Shown here: positions 1 through 9,348 of the stretch, piece by piece | How positions within the stretch are numbered: position 1 is the first letter of the stretch | Layout of the letters: every line of letters starts with the position of its first letter | Source of the DNA: Candidatus Krumholzibacteriia bacterium | GTDB lineage: Bacteria; Krumholzibacteriota; Krumholzibacteriia; Krumholzibacteriales; Krumholzibacteriaceae | Length of the DNA stretch: 64,000 nucleotides | Reading direction: 5' to 3' | Assembly (NCBI GenBank): GCA_023131975.1 | Contig: JAGLYV010000078.1 | Span: forward strand, 73,240 to 137,239 | The notes under the pieces: generated by a model | Database searches by the model: none | Seen by the model: only the letters and a program-made list of their open reading frames with translations | Told to the model about the DNA's origin: nothing | Program-made: the position numbers and the translations under genes

Positions 1-41
1 AGCTCTGATACTCCCGTCCATCAAGCCGGTTCGGCCTTCGC

Positions 42-1049
42 TCATTCTTCGAGAAGCCTGACAAACCCGGATTCCATCCTATCACACACCCGCTCCCAGG
101 TAAAATCCATGATTCTTCGTCGGGCTTCGATTCCCAGCCTGACGGCCATACCGGGATCGAGGATCAACCTCTCGATCGCTCTGCTTATCGGACGATGGTT
201 TCTCCAGGGTACGACCAGCGCGGAACTGCCGTCGACCGCAAAATCACTTGTGCCGCTTTTCGTGCAGACTATCGGAAGGGCACAGGCCGCGGCCTCGGCT
301 GATGTATTACTCCAGCCGGCCCTTCTTTCCGCCGAGACAAAGATATTCGAGCTCCCGTACATCGCGGCCATTCTTTCCTGCGAAAGATCAAGATAATATA
401 CAAATGGCAGGCCGGGATCAAACCCCACCCTCGAATCTTCTTCTTCGGTAGTGCGATGATCGAAGAGATGAAGACGGATATCGAATCCCTTTCGTCTAAG
501 ACGTCTCACCGCGTCGATGACGAATCTGGTCCCCTTTCTCGGCCTCGACCTTCTGCCGTAGCAGATAACCCCTACCGGACAGGACCCGGGCAAACGGTCA
601 TCCATTTCTTCCCGGGGGTCTCCCAGAGGATAGAATATTGCAGGATCCACCCCACCCGTGCCATCGATCACGGGAATAGAATATTTCCGTCTTATCCTTT
701 CAGCAAGTCCCTTCGAATTGACCATGATATTGTATTTGCCTGAAGTCGTTATCTCACGTTCACGGGCTACCCCTTCTATCTGAATATAGAAGATCTTCAG
801 TTTTGCTCCGCTGGCGTCGAGATATCCGGTGAATTCAGGAGAACCTGTGATCAGCACATCCAGATCATGCTCATTGAGAGAAGAAAGGGGTTTTACTTCG
901 CCCTTGAAAATGGTCCAGTCGGCACTGACCCCATCCGGAGTGAAGAGAGTGAATCGATGGCCCCTGCTTACAAAGACATTTCCCGTCTCGATATACCTGC
1001 GAACTCCGCCGAAAAGCAGAAGGTGAGGCAGGATTGCGCCGATCTTCAT
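42..1049 (-). CDS. Glycosyltransferase family 4 (GT-B), probably LPS core/surface glycan
   Basis: N-terminal FGGVRRY...SRGH motif and C-terminal AGWSNTSAEAAACALPIVCT donor-binding motif; last gene of the LPS operon in view. Confidence 0.85.
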   Translation of the reverse strand: MKIGAILPHLLLFGGVRRYIETGNVFVSRGHRFTLFTPDGVSADWTIFKGEVKPLSSLNEHDLDVLITGSPEFTGYLDASGAKLKIFYIQIEGVAREREITTSGKYNIMVNSKGLAERIRRKYSIPVIDGTGGVDPAIFYPLGDPREEMDDRLPGSCPVGVICYGRRSRPRKGTRFVIDAVRRLRRKGFDIRLHLFDHRTTEEEDSRVGFDPGLPFVYYLDLSQERMAAMYGSSNIFVSAERRAGWSNTSAEAAACALPIVCTKSGTSDFAVDGSSALVVPWRNHRPISRAIERLILDPGMAVRLGIEARRRIMDFTWERVCDRMESGFVRLLEE

Positions 1050-1063
1050 TCAATATCTCCCGT

Positions 1064-2080
1064 TCAACCGGCGTTTTCAAGACCTCTGATTATTTCTTCT
1101 GGAGATGCCACCGCGGTTCCTCTTTTCATAACCACCACGGATGCCGCAGTATTGGCCAGGATCATTGCTGTCTTCATATCGTATCCGGCAGCAAGGGACA
1201 ATGTCACGGCTGAGACAACGGTATCTCCGGCTCCTGTCACATCAGTCGCCTCAGGACTGCCAGTAACACCTATATCTATCCTTTTTTTCCCCGTGATAAA
1301 AAGAGACATGCCGAACCTTCCCCTGGTAACAAGCATGGATTGAGAAGAAAGCATCTCGACAAGTCTTCTTCCTGTTTTTTCCAGCGCGCCACGCGTGTTG
1401 AGGTCGACTTCAGCAGCCCGCGCTGCTTCGACTTCGTTCGGAGTAGCCGTTGTGACACCATTGAATCTCTCTATACCGAACCTCGAGTCCGCTACGACCG
1501 GAATCCCGGCTTTTCTGCATATGGCTATTGAGCGTCTGATCACGCGGCCAGAAAAAATACCCTGACCGTAATCACTGAGAATGGCCGCGTCCGCGCCGGC
1601 CGCTTTCTTTTCCAGGATGGAGAGTAGCCTGTCCTCTTCCCCACTGCCCAACTTTCCCCTCTCTTCCCGGTCTATTCTCACGATCTGTTGTCTCTGAGCA
1701 TGAAAATCACCTGCCATGACTCGCGTTTTTGTGGTGGTCGCTCTACCTCTGATACTTACGATTCCCCGGGTCGGAATATACCTTTCTCTGAAATATTCTC
1801 TGAGCCTTGTTCCCCCATCATCATTAGCCGCCATGCCGACAGGCACAGGCCTGCCCCCCATAGCCGCGACATTCTGTGCGGCATTCCCGGCTCCTCCGGG
1901 ACAATGATCCGATCCGTCATACCGGACGATAACGACCGGGGCCTCCCGCGACACCCTGTCGGTCCGTCCGTAGATAAACTCGTCGAGGATCATATCACCA
2001 AACACGACGACCTTGCGACCTTTCCAGCTTTTGACAGCATCTATGAGCATTCCCTTATCAAATCCAGCCACTTCAGGCAC
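1064..2080 (-). CDS. rfaE1: D-glycero-beta-D-manno-heptose-7-phosphate kinase (HldE kinase domain only, PfkB family)
   Basis: GDMILDEFIYG, PGGAGNAA and DVTGAGDTV motifs; no adenylyltransferase domain in 338 aa. Confidence 0.9.
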   Translation of the reverse strand: MPEVAGFDKGMLIDAVKSWKGRKVVVFGDMILDEFIYGRTDRVSREAPVVIVRYDGSDHCPGGAGNAAQNVAAMGGRPVPVGMAANDDGGTRLREYFRERYIPTRGIVSIRGRATTTKTRVMAGDFHAQRQQIVRIDREERGKLGSGEEDRLLSILEKKAAGADAAILSDYGQGIFSGRVIRRSIAICRKAGIPVVADSRFGIERFNGVTTATPNEVEAARAAEVDLNTRGALEKTGRRLVEMLSSQSMLVTRGRFGMSLFITGKKRIDIGVTGSPEATDVTGAGDTVVSAVTLSLAAGYDMKTAMILANTAASVVVMKRGTAVASPEEIIRGLENAG

Positions 2081-2090
2081 ATCCTTCCAT

Positions 2091-3146
2091 TTATTCTTCG
2101 GGACCCGCGGATATGGCGGCCCGGACTTCAGCCATGACTTTCTCGACTGTTATCTCATCGAAGCACTCCATCGTCCCGAGAGGACATTCCTTCTTAAAAC
2201 ATGGCGAACATCCAGCTGAGGAACTCAATATCCGGACATTGGGACCCCTGGGTGCTGTCCAGCGAGGACTGGTCGAACCGAATATTGTCACAAGCGGCAC
2301 TCCGAGCGCTCCAGCTACGTGCACGGCCCCACTGTCATTTCCTGCGACCAGTTCCGCTCCGCTCATAATATCGATCATCTCATCGATCGATGAGTTCCCC
2401 GTCAGATCCAGACAGTCGACAGGTGAACCTGATACTATCGCAGATGACACATCCTTCTCCGAGACAGATCCGGACAATACAGGCAGCCATCCAGTTTCCC
2501 TGCTGATCATACCGATCAGCGAAGAATAACGTTCTCCCGGCCACATCTTTGCGGAACCGTATTTTGCTCCGGGGGCGATGATAAAATACCTGCCCTCGAT
2601 ACCGGCTTTTCTGGCAGCATCTATCCCGTTCTTCACGGATCCGATCCGGGGGATCGGTATCTCCATGGTTGCCCTTCCATCCCACCTGTCAATGAGACGC
2701 ACATAGGCTTCCGTCAGGTGACTCTTTCGGAGCATCCGTCTGTGGATGCTTTGTGTCAGAAGTGGTCCGCGCATGTCAGTTCCATATCCGAGCCTCTCCC
2801 CTGACCTGGCCAGCCATGCGGTCAGAGCTGAGGAAAAAGATGGAGGCAGGATAAATGTGACTTTCGGGGCGCCGTCCATCTTCTGTCGGATCTGTGCCGC
2901 TCTTGTCCACGAACCGTCGCCCCTTTCCCATGGGATCATCCGGTCTATAGATCCTGATCTCTTGAAGATCGGCCTGACGTATTCGAGACACCCGGCGAAG
3001 ATGCGCGCGTCGGGATGCCGACCGCGAAGAACATCGAAAAATGGCAGGGACATGACCGCGTCACCCAGCCAGTTCGGAACCAGGACCAGAATACTGTCAG
3101 ACTCTGACCTGGAGGTGATAGAGTTTTCTGTATGTCCCTTCCTCAC
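2091..3146 (-). CDS. waaF: Lipopolysaccharide heptosyltransferase II (GT9)
   Basis: PNWLGDAVMSLP, PGAKYGSAKMWP and GNDSGAVHVAGALG motifs; next to rfaE1. Confidence 0.88.
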   Translation of the reverse strand: MRKGHTENSITSRSESDSILVLVPNWLGDAVMSLPFFDVLRGRHPDARIFAGCLEYVRPIFKRSGSIDRMIPWERGDGSWTRAAQIRQKMDGAPKVTFILPPSFSSALTAWLARSGERLGYGTDMRGPLLTQSIHRRMLRKSHLTEAYVRLIDRWDGRATMEIPIPRIGSVKNGIDAARKAGIEGRYFIIAPGAKYGSAKMWPGERYSSLIGMISRETGWLPVLSGSVSEKDVSSAIVSGSPVDCLDLTGNSSIDEMIDIMSGAELVAGNDSGAVHVAGALGVPLVTIFGSTSPRWTAPRGPNVRILSSSAGCSPCFKKECPLGTMECFDEITVEKVMAEVRAAISAGPEE

Positions 3147-4953
3147 CGATCAACTCCTCGTGGGTACCGGACTGCGTTATTCCACCATCTTCTACTACTA
3201 CGATCCTGTCAGCGTTCTTAATCGTGGATAGTCTGTGAGCTATGACCAGTGTAGTCCGACCTTTGACCAGCCTGTCGATGGCCTCCTGGACCAGAGCTTC
3301 ACTCTCGACATCGAGAGAACTTGTCGCTTCGTCCAGGATAAGTATCTGCGGATTCTTCAGAAGAGCTCTGGCGATAGCCAGCCTCTGTCTCTGCCCCCCG
3401 GATAGCTGGACTCCACGGTCACCTATTACCGTGTTGTAGCCGTCAGGCATCTCTGAGATGAACCTGTGAGCATTGGCAGCTCTTGCTGCTACTTCAACCG
3501 CGGAAGGATCACAATCATCGAGTCCGTACGCGATATTATTGAAGACCGTGTCATTGAAAAGTATGGTTTCCTGAGTGACTATTCCCATCAGGGACCGAAG
3601 AGATTCAAGTTCGATCTCCGCTATATCCACACCATCGATCAGGATGGAGCCCGAAGTCGGGGTATAAAACCTTGGAAGCAGGTCGGCGAGAGTTGATTTG
3701 CCGGCACCGCTTGGCCCGACAAGAGCGACTACCTCACCCCGCGCGATCTCCATATCAATGGAACTCAACACCTCCGGCCCGTTCTCATAGCTGAAACTGA
3801 CTCCACGGTAGGTGATATTCCTCTCCACCGCGTCGGTTCTTATCTTCCCGGACCGGTCCCTCTCCGTTGGAATATCGAGGATATGAAAGACTCTCTCACC
3901 CGATGCCAGAGCCTCCTGAATCACATTATTCAGTTTACTCAGGTTCTTGATGGGACTGACCACCCATAACATCGCCACCAGAAACATCATCAGGTTTGCC
4001 GGAGCAAGTTCGCTGTCTATGACAAGGCGTCCTCCGTACCAGAGGATCGTCATACTCGCAATCATTCCCAGCATCTCACTCGACGGCGATGCCAGTTCGG
4101 CAAGCTTGCGCATCTTGAGATACACACGGAGATACTGAAAGTTGAATATATTGAACTTCGATTTCTCGAATTCTTCCATGCCGAAAGCCTTGACGACTCT
4201 CACACCCGAAATCGTCTCCTGCAGAACCGATGTCATATCGGCCATCTTCTCCTGCGCTCTTCTGCTTCCCTTTCTCAGCTTCCTGCTTATCAGCGAGATG
4301 AGCAGGACATTCACGGGCACAAGGAGTATCGTCAGAAGCGATAGTTTCCACGAAGTGTAGAAGATGATAGTTACCGCGATCACCGTCATAAGCAGGTTAC
4401 GGATTATACTGGCAAGCCCGCCGACGATCGCCCCTCTCAGGTTGGTGACATCATTCATCACTCGCGATATCAGATGTCCTGTCTTTTGATTATCGAAAAA
4501 AGACATGGGAAGCATCTGGAGCTTTCCATACAGTTCGTTTCGGATGGAATGGAGTATCGACTGCTCCAGATATATTGTGAGATACGTACTGAAATAGTCC
4601 AGGATGTTCTTGATCAGCATGAGAATGAAAAACAGGACACAGAACCTCGCCAGTCTGTCTACCGGCCTGCCCTTGTAAATCAGACTTTTCGCCCTCTCCT
4701 TGACCCTGTCGATCCTGTCTTCAACAGCAGGGGGGATCAGCAGCGACTGACCGCCCTCTTCCTCCGTTCCTGTTTCCTGTTGGTGCTGTTCGGAGAACAG
4801 GATATTCATAAACGGAGGAATGAGTGTCAACGAGACACCGCTGAGAGCAGCGAACAGAGTAGTACAGATAAAGAGAAGGATGAGCTTTCTCCAGTAAGGC
4901 CTTAGATATGAGAGGAGCCTCAAATACAGTCTTCCGGAATGCTTTTCACTCAC
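3097..4953 (-). CDS. msbA: Lipid A/LPS flippase-type ABC exporter, TMD-NBD fusion
   Basis: TM domain plus Walker A GPSGAGKS, signature LSGGQRQR, Walker B ILILDEATS; LPS gene context. Confidence 0.8.
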   Translation of the reverse strand: MSEKHSGRLYLRLLSYLRPYWRKLILLFICTTLFAALSGVSLTLIPPFMNILFSEQHQQETGTEEEGGQSLLIPPAVEDRIDRVKERAKSLIYKGRPVDRLARFCVLFFILMLIKNILDYFSTYLTIYLEQSILHSIRNELYGKLQMLPMSFFDNQKTGHLISRVMNDVTNLRGAIVGGLASIIRNLLMTVIAVTIIFYTSWKLSLLTILLVPVNVLLISLISRKLRKGSRRAQEKMADMTSVLQETISGVRVVKAFGMEEFEKSKFNIFNFQYLRVYLKMRKLAELASPSSEMLGMIASMTILWYGGRLVIDSELAPANLMMFLVAMLWVVSPIKNLSKLNNVIQEALASGERVFHILDIPTERDRSGKIRTDAVERNITYRGVSFSYENGPEVLSSIDMEIARGEVVALVGPSGAGKSTLADLLPRFYTPTSGSILIDGVDIAEIELESLRSLMGIVTQETILFNDTVFNNIAYGLDDCDPSAVEVAARAANAHRFISEMPDGYNTVIGDRGVQLSGGQRQRLAIARALLKNPQILILDEATSSLDVESEALVQEAIDRLVKGRTTLVIAHRLSTIKNADRIVVVEDGGITQSGTHEELIGEEGTYRKLYHLQVRV

Positions 4954-4979
4954 GACTGCGCAACCTTTCCAGGATGAGA

Positions 4980-6074
4980 TCAGGGGGAAACATTCTCTCG
5001 GGTGGACAATACATCCTCAACATTCTTAAAGAACGTCTTCAGCGACAGTTTCTCGCCCTTGACTCCCTTGAATATCCTTATATTGGGAGCATTGTCAGGC
5101 ACCCATTGTTTTCCGTCGTGTTTTGTGAACAGTCCGATGGAAGGTATTCCGAGCGCTGCAGCAAAGTGAAAAAGACCCGTGTTACCGGAAAGGAAGAGGT
5201 CGCAGTTTGCGAGAAGAGCAAGTGTCTCGGCCTGTGATGAGGGAACGAGGTCTATCATCTCTCCCTTCAGTTCTTTTCGCAGGCGCTCTGCCAGCTTATA
5301 ATCGACAGGATCCATGAGGACAAGAAACTTGACCTTCATTCTGCCCGCCAGGTTGTTAGCCAGATAGGCCATTGTCTCCGGAATAACGCTGTGACGGGTC
5401 TTTCCCTTCCCCGGATCTATGGCCACAGTCAGGATATCCTTTTCAGGCTTGCGAAAATGTATCAACTGCCCCGCGTGAGCCAGGTCAGCCTGAGGTATAC
5501 TTATATTTCTTCCGCAGCCTTTCACTCCCAGTCCCAGCGATTCGAGGATCCGTATCATGCCATTCCCGATATACCCTTCCTGAGATACCTTGATCTCGCA
5601 ATTGATGAAGGGGAAAGCCATGGGATGGGCAAAACCTATTCTTGCCGCGGCTCCCGTCATGAACGCCAGGAGATGCCTTTCGAGTGATATCTGCCTGCTC
5701 GTAAGGATGACTGTCTCTATCTCCCGCTTCCTGAGTTTCCGGGAAAGGGCCATGTAATCAGTCTTAAGCAGTTTAAGCTGTTTCCTGTTATATGTGATGA
5801 TCGTGTTGAATCTCATCAGGCTTTTTGCCAGCTCGGAATGTTCCTGGAGGACAAGCAGGGTGATCCTGACATCCCGATGATTCTCATGGAACCAGTTTAT
5901 TACCGGAGCGACAAATAGCAGGTCTACGGCCTCACCAGAATCGATGATCAGTATCCTTCTCGCTCCCGTCAGGTTGTCCGGAAGGGAAAAAGCCCGGTCC
6001 TTTCGAAATCTCCTAAGGACACCGGAGACCATCTTCGACATTAATTCGTTATCTTTCTTTTTTGTTTCAGCCAT
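4980..6074 (-). CDS. Divergent GT9-family glycosyltransferase
   Basis: GT9 layout with CDLFLSGNTGLFHFAAALGIPSIGLF in place of DSGxxHLAAALG; overlaps the lon stop by 8 nt. Confidence 0.75.
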   Translation of the reverse strand: MAETKKKDNELMSKMVSGVLRRFRKDRAFSLPDNLTGARRILIIDSGEAVDLLFVAPVINWFHENHRDVRITLLVLQEHSELAKSLMRFNTIITYNRKQLKLLKTDYMALSRKLRKREIETVILTSRQISLERHLLAFMTGAAARIGFAHPMAFPFINCEIKVSQEGYIGNGMIRILESLGLGVKGCGRNISIPQADLAHAGQLIHFRKPEKDILTVAIDPGKGKTRHSVIPETMAYLANNLAGRMKVKFLVLMDPVDYKLAERLRKELKGEMIDLVPSSQAETLALLANCDLFLSGNTGLFHFAAALGIPSIGLFTKHDGKQWVPDNAPNIRIFKGVKGEKLSLKTFFKNVEDVLSTRENVSP

Positions 6075-8430
6075 TATTTCTCTGTCTGCCCCTACCCTTC
6101 CTGTCTACAACTTTCCCATCCCCGGGAATAAGCGCCCTTTCCAACACATCTTCGACCCTGTCTACAAAAACGAATTCAACATCGTTTAGTACTTCTCCGG
6201 GTATTTCGTCAAGGGCGTTCCTGTTCTGCGCCGGCAGGATGACATTCAATATCCCGGCCCTGTGCGCCGCGATTACCTTATCCTTTATTCCTCCCACAGG
6301 CAACACTTTCCCTGTAAGGGTTATTTCCCCCGTCACCGCAGTATCGTTTCTTACCTTTCTGCCGGTGGCCAGGGATGTCAGTGCCGCAGCAATCGCTATT
6401 CCTGCGCTCGGCCCATCTTTCGGAACCGCCCCGGCAGGAATATGAAGATGTATGTCATGTTTTTCAAAGAATTTTTCATTATTTCCGGAGTCTGAGATAT
6501 GTGCCCTTACAAAGCTCATCGCCGTTTCGGCCGACTCCTTCATAACATCACCGAGCTGCCCGGTCAGCTTGACCTTACCGCTCCCTTTTATTGCCAGAGC
6601 CTCAATAAAGAGTATTACTCCACCGGTAGCAGTCTTGGCCATACCAGTCGCAACCCCTGCTTCAGGAGCCGACAGCATCTCCTGCCTGTGAAAATCCTTC
6701 GCGCCCAGATAATTCTTTATGTTGCGCGGAGTGATCCTGTAGGGACCTCTCTTGCCCTCAACAAGTTTTCTTGCGATCTTTCGAGCTATCGAGCCGATTT
6801 TTCTCTCCAGATTCCTGACTCCCGCCTCTCTCGTATATTTTTCTATTATCTCATAAAGAGCCTCGTCTGTTATTTCGATCTTTCCAGCCTTGATCCCATT
6901 CTCATCGAGCTGTCTTGGTATGAGAAAATCGCGGGCTATCTTCACTTTTTCACTGGTGATATATCCCGGAATATCGATGATCTCCATCCTGTCGAGAAGA
7001 GGTACCGGAATCGATTCTTTGACGTTTGCGGTCGTTATGAACATGACTCCGGAAAGGTCGAACGGCATGTTGATATAATTATCCAGAAAAGTGCTGTTCT
7101 GTTGTGAATCCAGGACCTCGAGAAGGGCTGATGACGGATCGCCCCTGTGATCGTTACCCAGCTTATCGATCTCGTCCAGCATGAAAACGGGATTTCTCGT
7201 CCCCGCAGTTCTTATGCCCTGTAGTATTTTCCCGGGCATTGCCCCGATATATGTCCTCCTGTGTCCACGTATCTCGGCTTCGTCCCTGATCCCTCCAAGC
7301 GAGATCCTCACAAAATCACGCCCCATTGCCGAAGCGATGCTCCTGCCAAGAGATGTCTTCCCCACTCCGGGGGGGCCCGTAAGACAGATGATGGTGCCTT
7401 TACTTCCCTCGTTCAGCTTCCTTACGGCGAGAAATTCCAGCAGCCTTTCCTTGACCGTGTCCAGATCGTAATGGTCCCGGTCCAGAATCTTCTTGGCTTC
7501 AGCGATATCGAGAATATCATGCCTGAGATCCTCCCAGGGCAGGTCCAGGACACAATCGAGATAAGTCCTCGTCACGTTATACTCGGAAGAACTGCTGCTC
7601 ATTCTCGATAGCCTGTTCCATTCCCGGATCGCCATCTCCCGGACATGTTCCGGCATGACCTTGATATCAATACTGTCCCTTAATTCGTCCAGTTCTCCAG
7701 TCAGATCGGTATCTCCGAGCTCTTTCTGAATGGCTCTGATCTGCTGCCTGAGATAATATTCCTTCTGCTCACGGTCCATCTCACGATGGACATCATCCTT
7801 TATCCTCTCCCCTATAGTTGCTATCTTGAGTTCGTTGTTAATATTCTGGTAGACAAATTCCAGCCTCTCGATCGGATCTATCATCTCGAGAGCTTTCTGC
7901 CTGCTGGAGATATCCATGTTGATATTCGAGGCGAGCAGGTCAGCCAGCCTTCCCGGACCTTCTATCCCGGGAATAACGTTCAGGAGATCATCCGGATAAA
8001 ACTCGGATTTACCGACAAGCTGCGCGAAAGCACCGGATACGTTTCTGACGAGAGCCAGGCCTTCATCGGAATCCGCGGGGGGTTCCACCAGGAGCTTGAT
8101 CTTCGCCCTCATGAACGGTTCATCGTCCGTAAAACATCCGATCTCTATCCGGGACAGTCCCTGCCCGATTATCCTCACATGCCCGTCCGGAAACCTCGCC
8201 ATCTTCTGGAGTACCATGGCACACCCGGTCGTATACAGATCTCCGGGGCCGGGCATATCCATCTCGCTGTCGATCTGAGTGAATGCTCCGACTATCTTGT
8301 TCCCATCAAGAGCCTCGTCTATGAGTCTGATGAGGTTGTCATCCCTTAGAATAAGAGGGACAAGCATATAAGGAAATACGACACCATCATTTATCGGGAT
8401 TACCGCGAGCTCATCGGAAATCTTCCCCAT
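6067..8430 (-). CDS. lon: ATP-dependent Lon protease
   Basis: Walker A GPPGVGKT, GHRRTYIGAMPG, catalytic Ser in KDGPSAG and Lys in GGIKDK. Start moved from 8538 to ATG 8430 (8478 also possible) because a promoter overlaps the longer start. Confidence 0.95.
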   Translation of the reverse strand: MGKISDELAVIPINDGVVFPYMLVPLILRDDNLIRLIDEALDGNKIVGAFTQIDSEMDMPGPGDLYTTGCAMVLQKMARFPDGHVRIIGQGLSRIEIGCFTDDEPFMRAKIKLLVEPPADSDEGLALVRNVSGAFAQLVGKSEFYPDDLLNVIPGIEGPGRLADLLASNINMDISSRQKALEMIDPIERLEFVYQNINNELKIATIGERIKDDVHREMDREQKEYYLRQQIRAIQKELGDTDLTGELDELRDSIDIKVMPEHVREMAIREWNRLSRMSSSSSEYNVTRTYLDCVLDLPWEDLRHDILDIAEAKKILDRDHYDLDTVKERLLEFLAVRKLNEGSKGTIICLTGPPGVGKTSLGRSIASAMGRDFVRISLGGIRDEAEIRGHRRTYIGAMPGKILQGIRTAGTRNPVFMLDEIDKLGNDHRGDPSSALLEVLDSQQNSTFLDNYINMPFDLSGVMFITTANVKESIPVPLLDRMEIIDIPGYITSEKVKIARDFLIPRQLDENGIKAGKIEITDEALYEIIEKYTREAGVRNLERKIGSIARKIARKLVEGKRGPYRITPRNIKNYLGAKDFHRQEMLSAPEAGVATGMAKTATGGVILFIEALAIKGSGKVKLTGQLGDVMKESAETAMSFVRAHISDSGNNEKFFEKHDIHLHIPAGAVPKDGPSAGIAIAAALTSLATGRKVRNDTAVTGEITLTGKVLPVGGIKDKVIAAHRAGILNVILPAQNRNALDEIPGEVLNDVEFVFVDRVEDVLERALIPGDGKVVDRKGRGRQRNNG

Positions 8431-8514
8431 AACAGATGTATCTTCATGATTACGTACCAATACCGGACCTTCCTTCATCCAGGCTTTCAACAAAACCCTC
8501 GCATGATGGTTTCC

Positions 8515-8543
8515 AGAATAGTGAAGGAAGTGTCCCAAGTCAA
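8515..8543 (-). promoter_or_regulatory. Sigma-70-type promoter of the lon-LPS operon
   Basis: TTGACT-N17-TATTCT on the minus strand with an AT-rich tract upstream. Confidence 0.6.
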
Positions 8544-8624
8544 TTTTAAAAAAGGAAATGAAAAGAACGCACCCCTGCCCTTACCTCCTGATGGGGTCAT
8601 AAAGGCCTCAGGCAAGTCTCCATA

Positions 8625-9068
8625 TCATTTCTTCGATGATCTCTTTTCGAGCCTGTTTCTGTCCATGACCATTGAAGGAGTGTAGACAAAGGTAGTACCG
8701 ACAAACCTTTTCATGTCGATGTCCCAGTCATCAAGAACATTGTCGTAGTTGAAAGTCAGGGTATAGATCAGGACCGAACTGGAAGCACTGTTATCAACAT
8801 AGTACACCCAGTACTCCTCCGCCTGCTTTTTTGATATCATGTAGACGTTAGGCAGTCCCCATGAAGCTATCACCTCGTGTCCATTCATCCCACGCGTGAT
8901 CTCACCATCTCTGATGTTCTCGTTGTACCTGCAGTCCGGATTCAGCTCGATGTACTCCTCCCTCGCGCAGAGATCCACAAAAGACTCTCTTTCTACAAGC
9001 GAAGAACACGCACAGCCCAGATCGATCAGCAGCACCAACATGGCAGGGATGACCAATAATCTTCTCAT
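8625..9068 (-). CDS. Exported/lipoprotein with a SmpA/BamE-like motif
   Basis: Probable start MRRLLVIPAM (ATG 9068, GAGG upstream); signal with Cys (LGCAC); GMNGHEVIASWGLPN...EYWVY resembles the BamE GMT-V-LG-P...W-Y pattern. Confidence 0.55.
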   Translation of the reverse strand: MRRLLVIPAMLVLLIDLGCACSSLVERESFVDLCAREEYIELNPDCRYNENIRDGEITRGMNGHEVIASWGLPNVYMISKKQAEEYWVYYVDNSASSSVLIYTLTFNYDNVLDDWDIDMKRFVGTTFVYTPSMVMDRNRLEKRSSKK

Positions 9069-9224
9069 AACCTCACTCCGATCTGACCTTTTTTCGTCAC
9101 GAGCGCTGTCAGCCTTCAGCGCCCTGCAAACACAACGCGACACATACCATTGCGCCGCGGAAACACTTAACTAACAAGGACCCCGAAACAAAACGAGCCT
9201 CCTCTGCTAATGCCTTCATATATA

Positions 9225-9252
9225 AGTATATCCGGAAAAACAGACGTGTCAA
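9225..9252 (-). promoter_or_regulatory. Sigma-70-type promoter
   Basis: TTGACA-N16-TATACT, about 160 nt upstream of the ATG at 9068. Confidence 0.55.
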
Positions 9253-9348
9253 CCCCGGCAAATCACATTTCCAGTCATGTATCTTCTTGTAATGTCAGGA
9301 GTTACCCTGTTGTTGGTGGTTATGTTTGGGGAGCGGAGCTGCCAGCGG

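Noticed and set aside
8571-8597. ACCCC...GGGGT hairpin containing an AGGAGG on the minus strand upstream of lon
   Set aside because: 5-bp stem with a 17-nt loop is too weak to call a terminator, and the SD leads only to a 7-codon ORF
8431-8624. CIRCE or CtsR operators before lon and before mcsA/clpC
   Set aside because: Neither TTAGCACTC-N9-GAGTGCTAA nor GGTCAAA heptad repeats were seen in these intergenic regions
9069-9224. Possible riboswitch in the long leader of the BamE-like gene
   Set aside because: Only one 6-bp hairpin; I could not match any known aptamer core (an Rfam scan would settle it)
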